A DNA stretch of 64,000 nucleotides, taken from an uncultured Pseudomonadota bacterium. Lineage in GTDB: Bacteria; Babelota; Babeliae; Babelales; RVW-14. The stretch's first letter is position 1. Every line of letters starts with the position of its first letter. This document shows positions 63,904 to 64,000 of this stretch, piece after piece. The stretch spans positions 3 through 64,002 of the forward strand of contig CAZFHP010000001.1 in NCBI GenBank assembly GCA_964519365.1, in the 5' to 3' direction. The notes beneath the pieces were generated by a model. The model worked only from the letters and a program-made list of their open reading frames with translations. It was not told the DNA's origin and made no database searches. A program made the translations under genes and the position numbers.

Positions 63904-63980
63904 GTCCCCATCGTCTAGCCAGGTTAGGACACCAGATTTTCATTCTGGTAACAGGGGTTCGAATCCCCTTGGGGACGCCA
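63904..63980 (+). tRNA. tRNA-Glu (anticodon UUC), CCA encoded
   Basis: Acceptor GTCCCCA/TGGGGAC, anticodon arm CCAGA-TTTTCAT-TCTGG, T arm AGGGG-TTCGAAT-CCCCT. Confidence 0.9.
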
Positions 63981-64000
63981 TATTTCGCAAAAACAGCATC

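Overview
This is a visibly AT-rich, compactly coded bacterial chromosome segment with about 65 protein genes and 5 tRNAs (Val-UAC, Asn-GUU, initiator Met-CAU, Lys-UUU, Glu-UUC). I saw no rRNA, CRISPR array, transposase or integrase. Four blocks stand out. (1) nt 1-4616 holds a tandem toxin/immunity-like array built like a polymorphic-toxin locus. Two homologous toxin tips are each followed by a 184-aa partner ORF. Two further toxin-less copies of the conserved pre-toxin module follow, and a Sel1-repeat membrane protein sits inside the array. (2) nt 5420-10352 holds three tandem paralogs of an N-terminally anchored fucosyltransferase-like enzyme, divergent from an ArnT/PMT-like GT-C membrane glycosyltransferase. 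(3) nt 15.8-21.3 kb holds two paralogous signal-bearing SAM methyltransferases flanking a nonsense-interrupted one. Next to them is an AAA+ protein collinear with eukaryotic mitochondrial ATAD3 (coiled coil, TM, AAA) and a Pro/Gln-rich membrane partner. (4) nt 25.2-55.7 kb is a roughly 30-kb, almost entirely minus-strand glycan supercluster. It contains a pseudaminic-acid-type pathway (PseB/C/H/I, a second NeuB, a CMP-sugar synthetase, a DUF115 Maf-like putative transferase). It also contains GDP-fucose genes (two gmd, fcl), UDP-xylose synthase, an ABC exporter and many glycosyltransferases, including GT13-like and GT47/exostosin-like folds. An unusual number of these enzymes carry N-terminal hydrophobic anchors. 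The rest is mostly housekeeping: arfB, a frameshifted proC, rubrerythrin, a DEAD-box helicase, truB, an RluD-type synthase, mgtE and a split biotin carboxylase/BCCP. There is also an MNT-HEPN-NUDIX operon. All family assignments come from motif recognition by eye and need profile searches. Lineage cannot be determined from this window. The Sel1 and ATAD3-like genes and the eukaryote-type GT folds are reminiscent of host-associated or intracellular bacteria.
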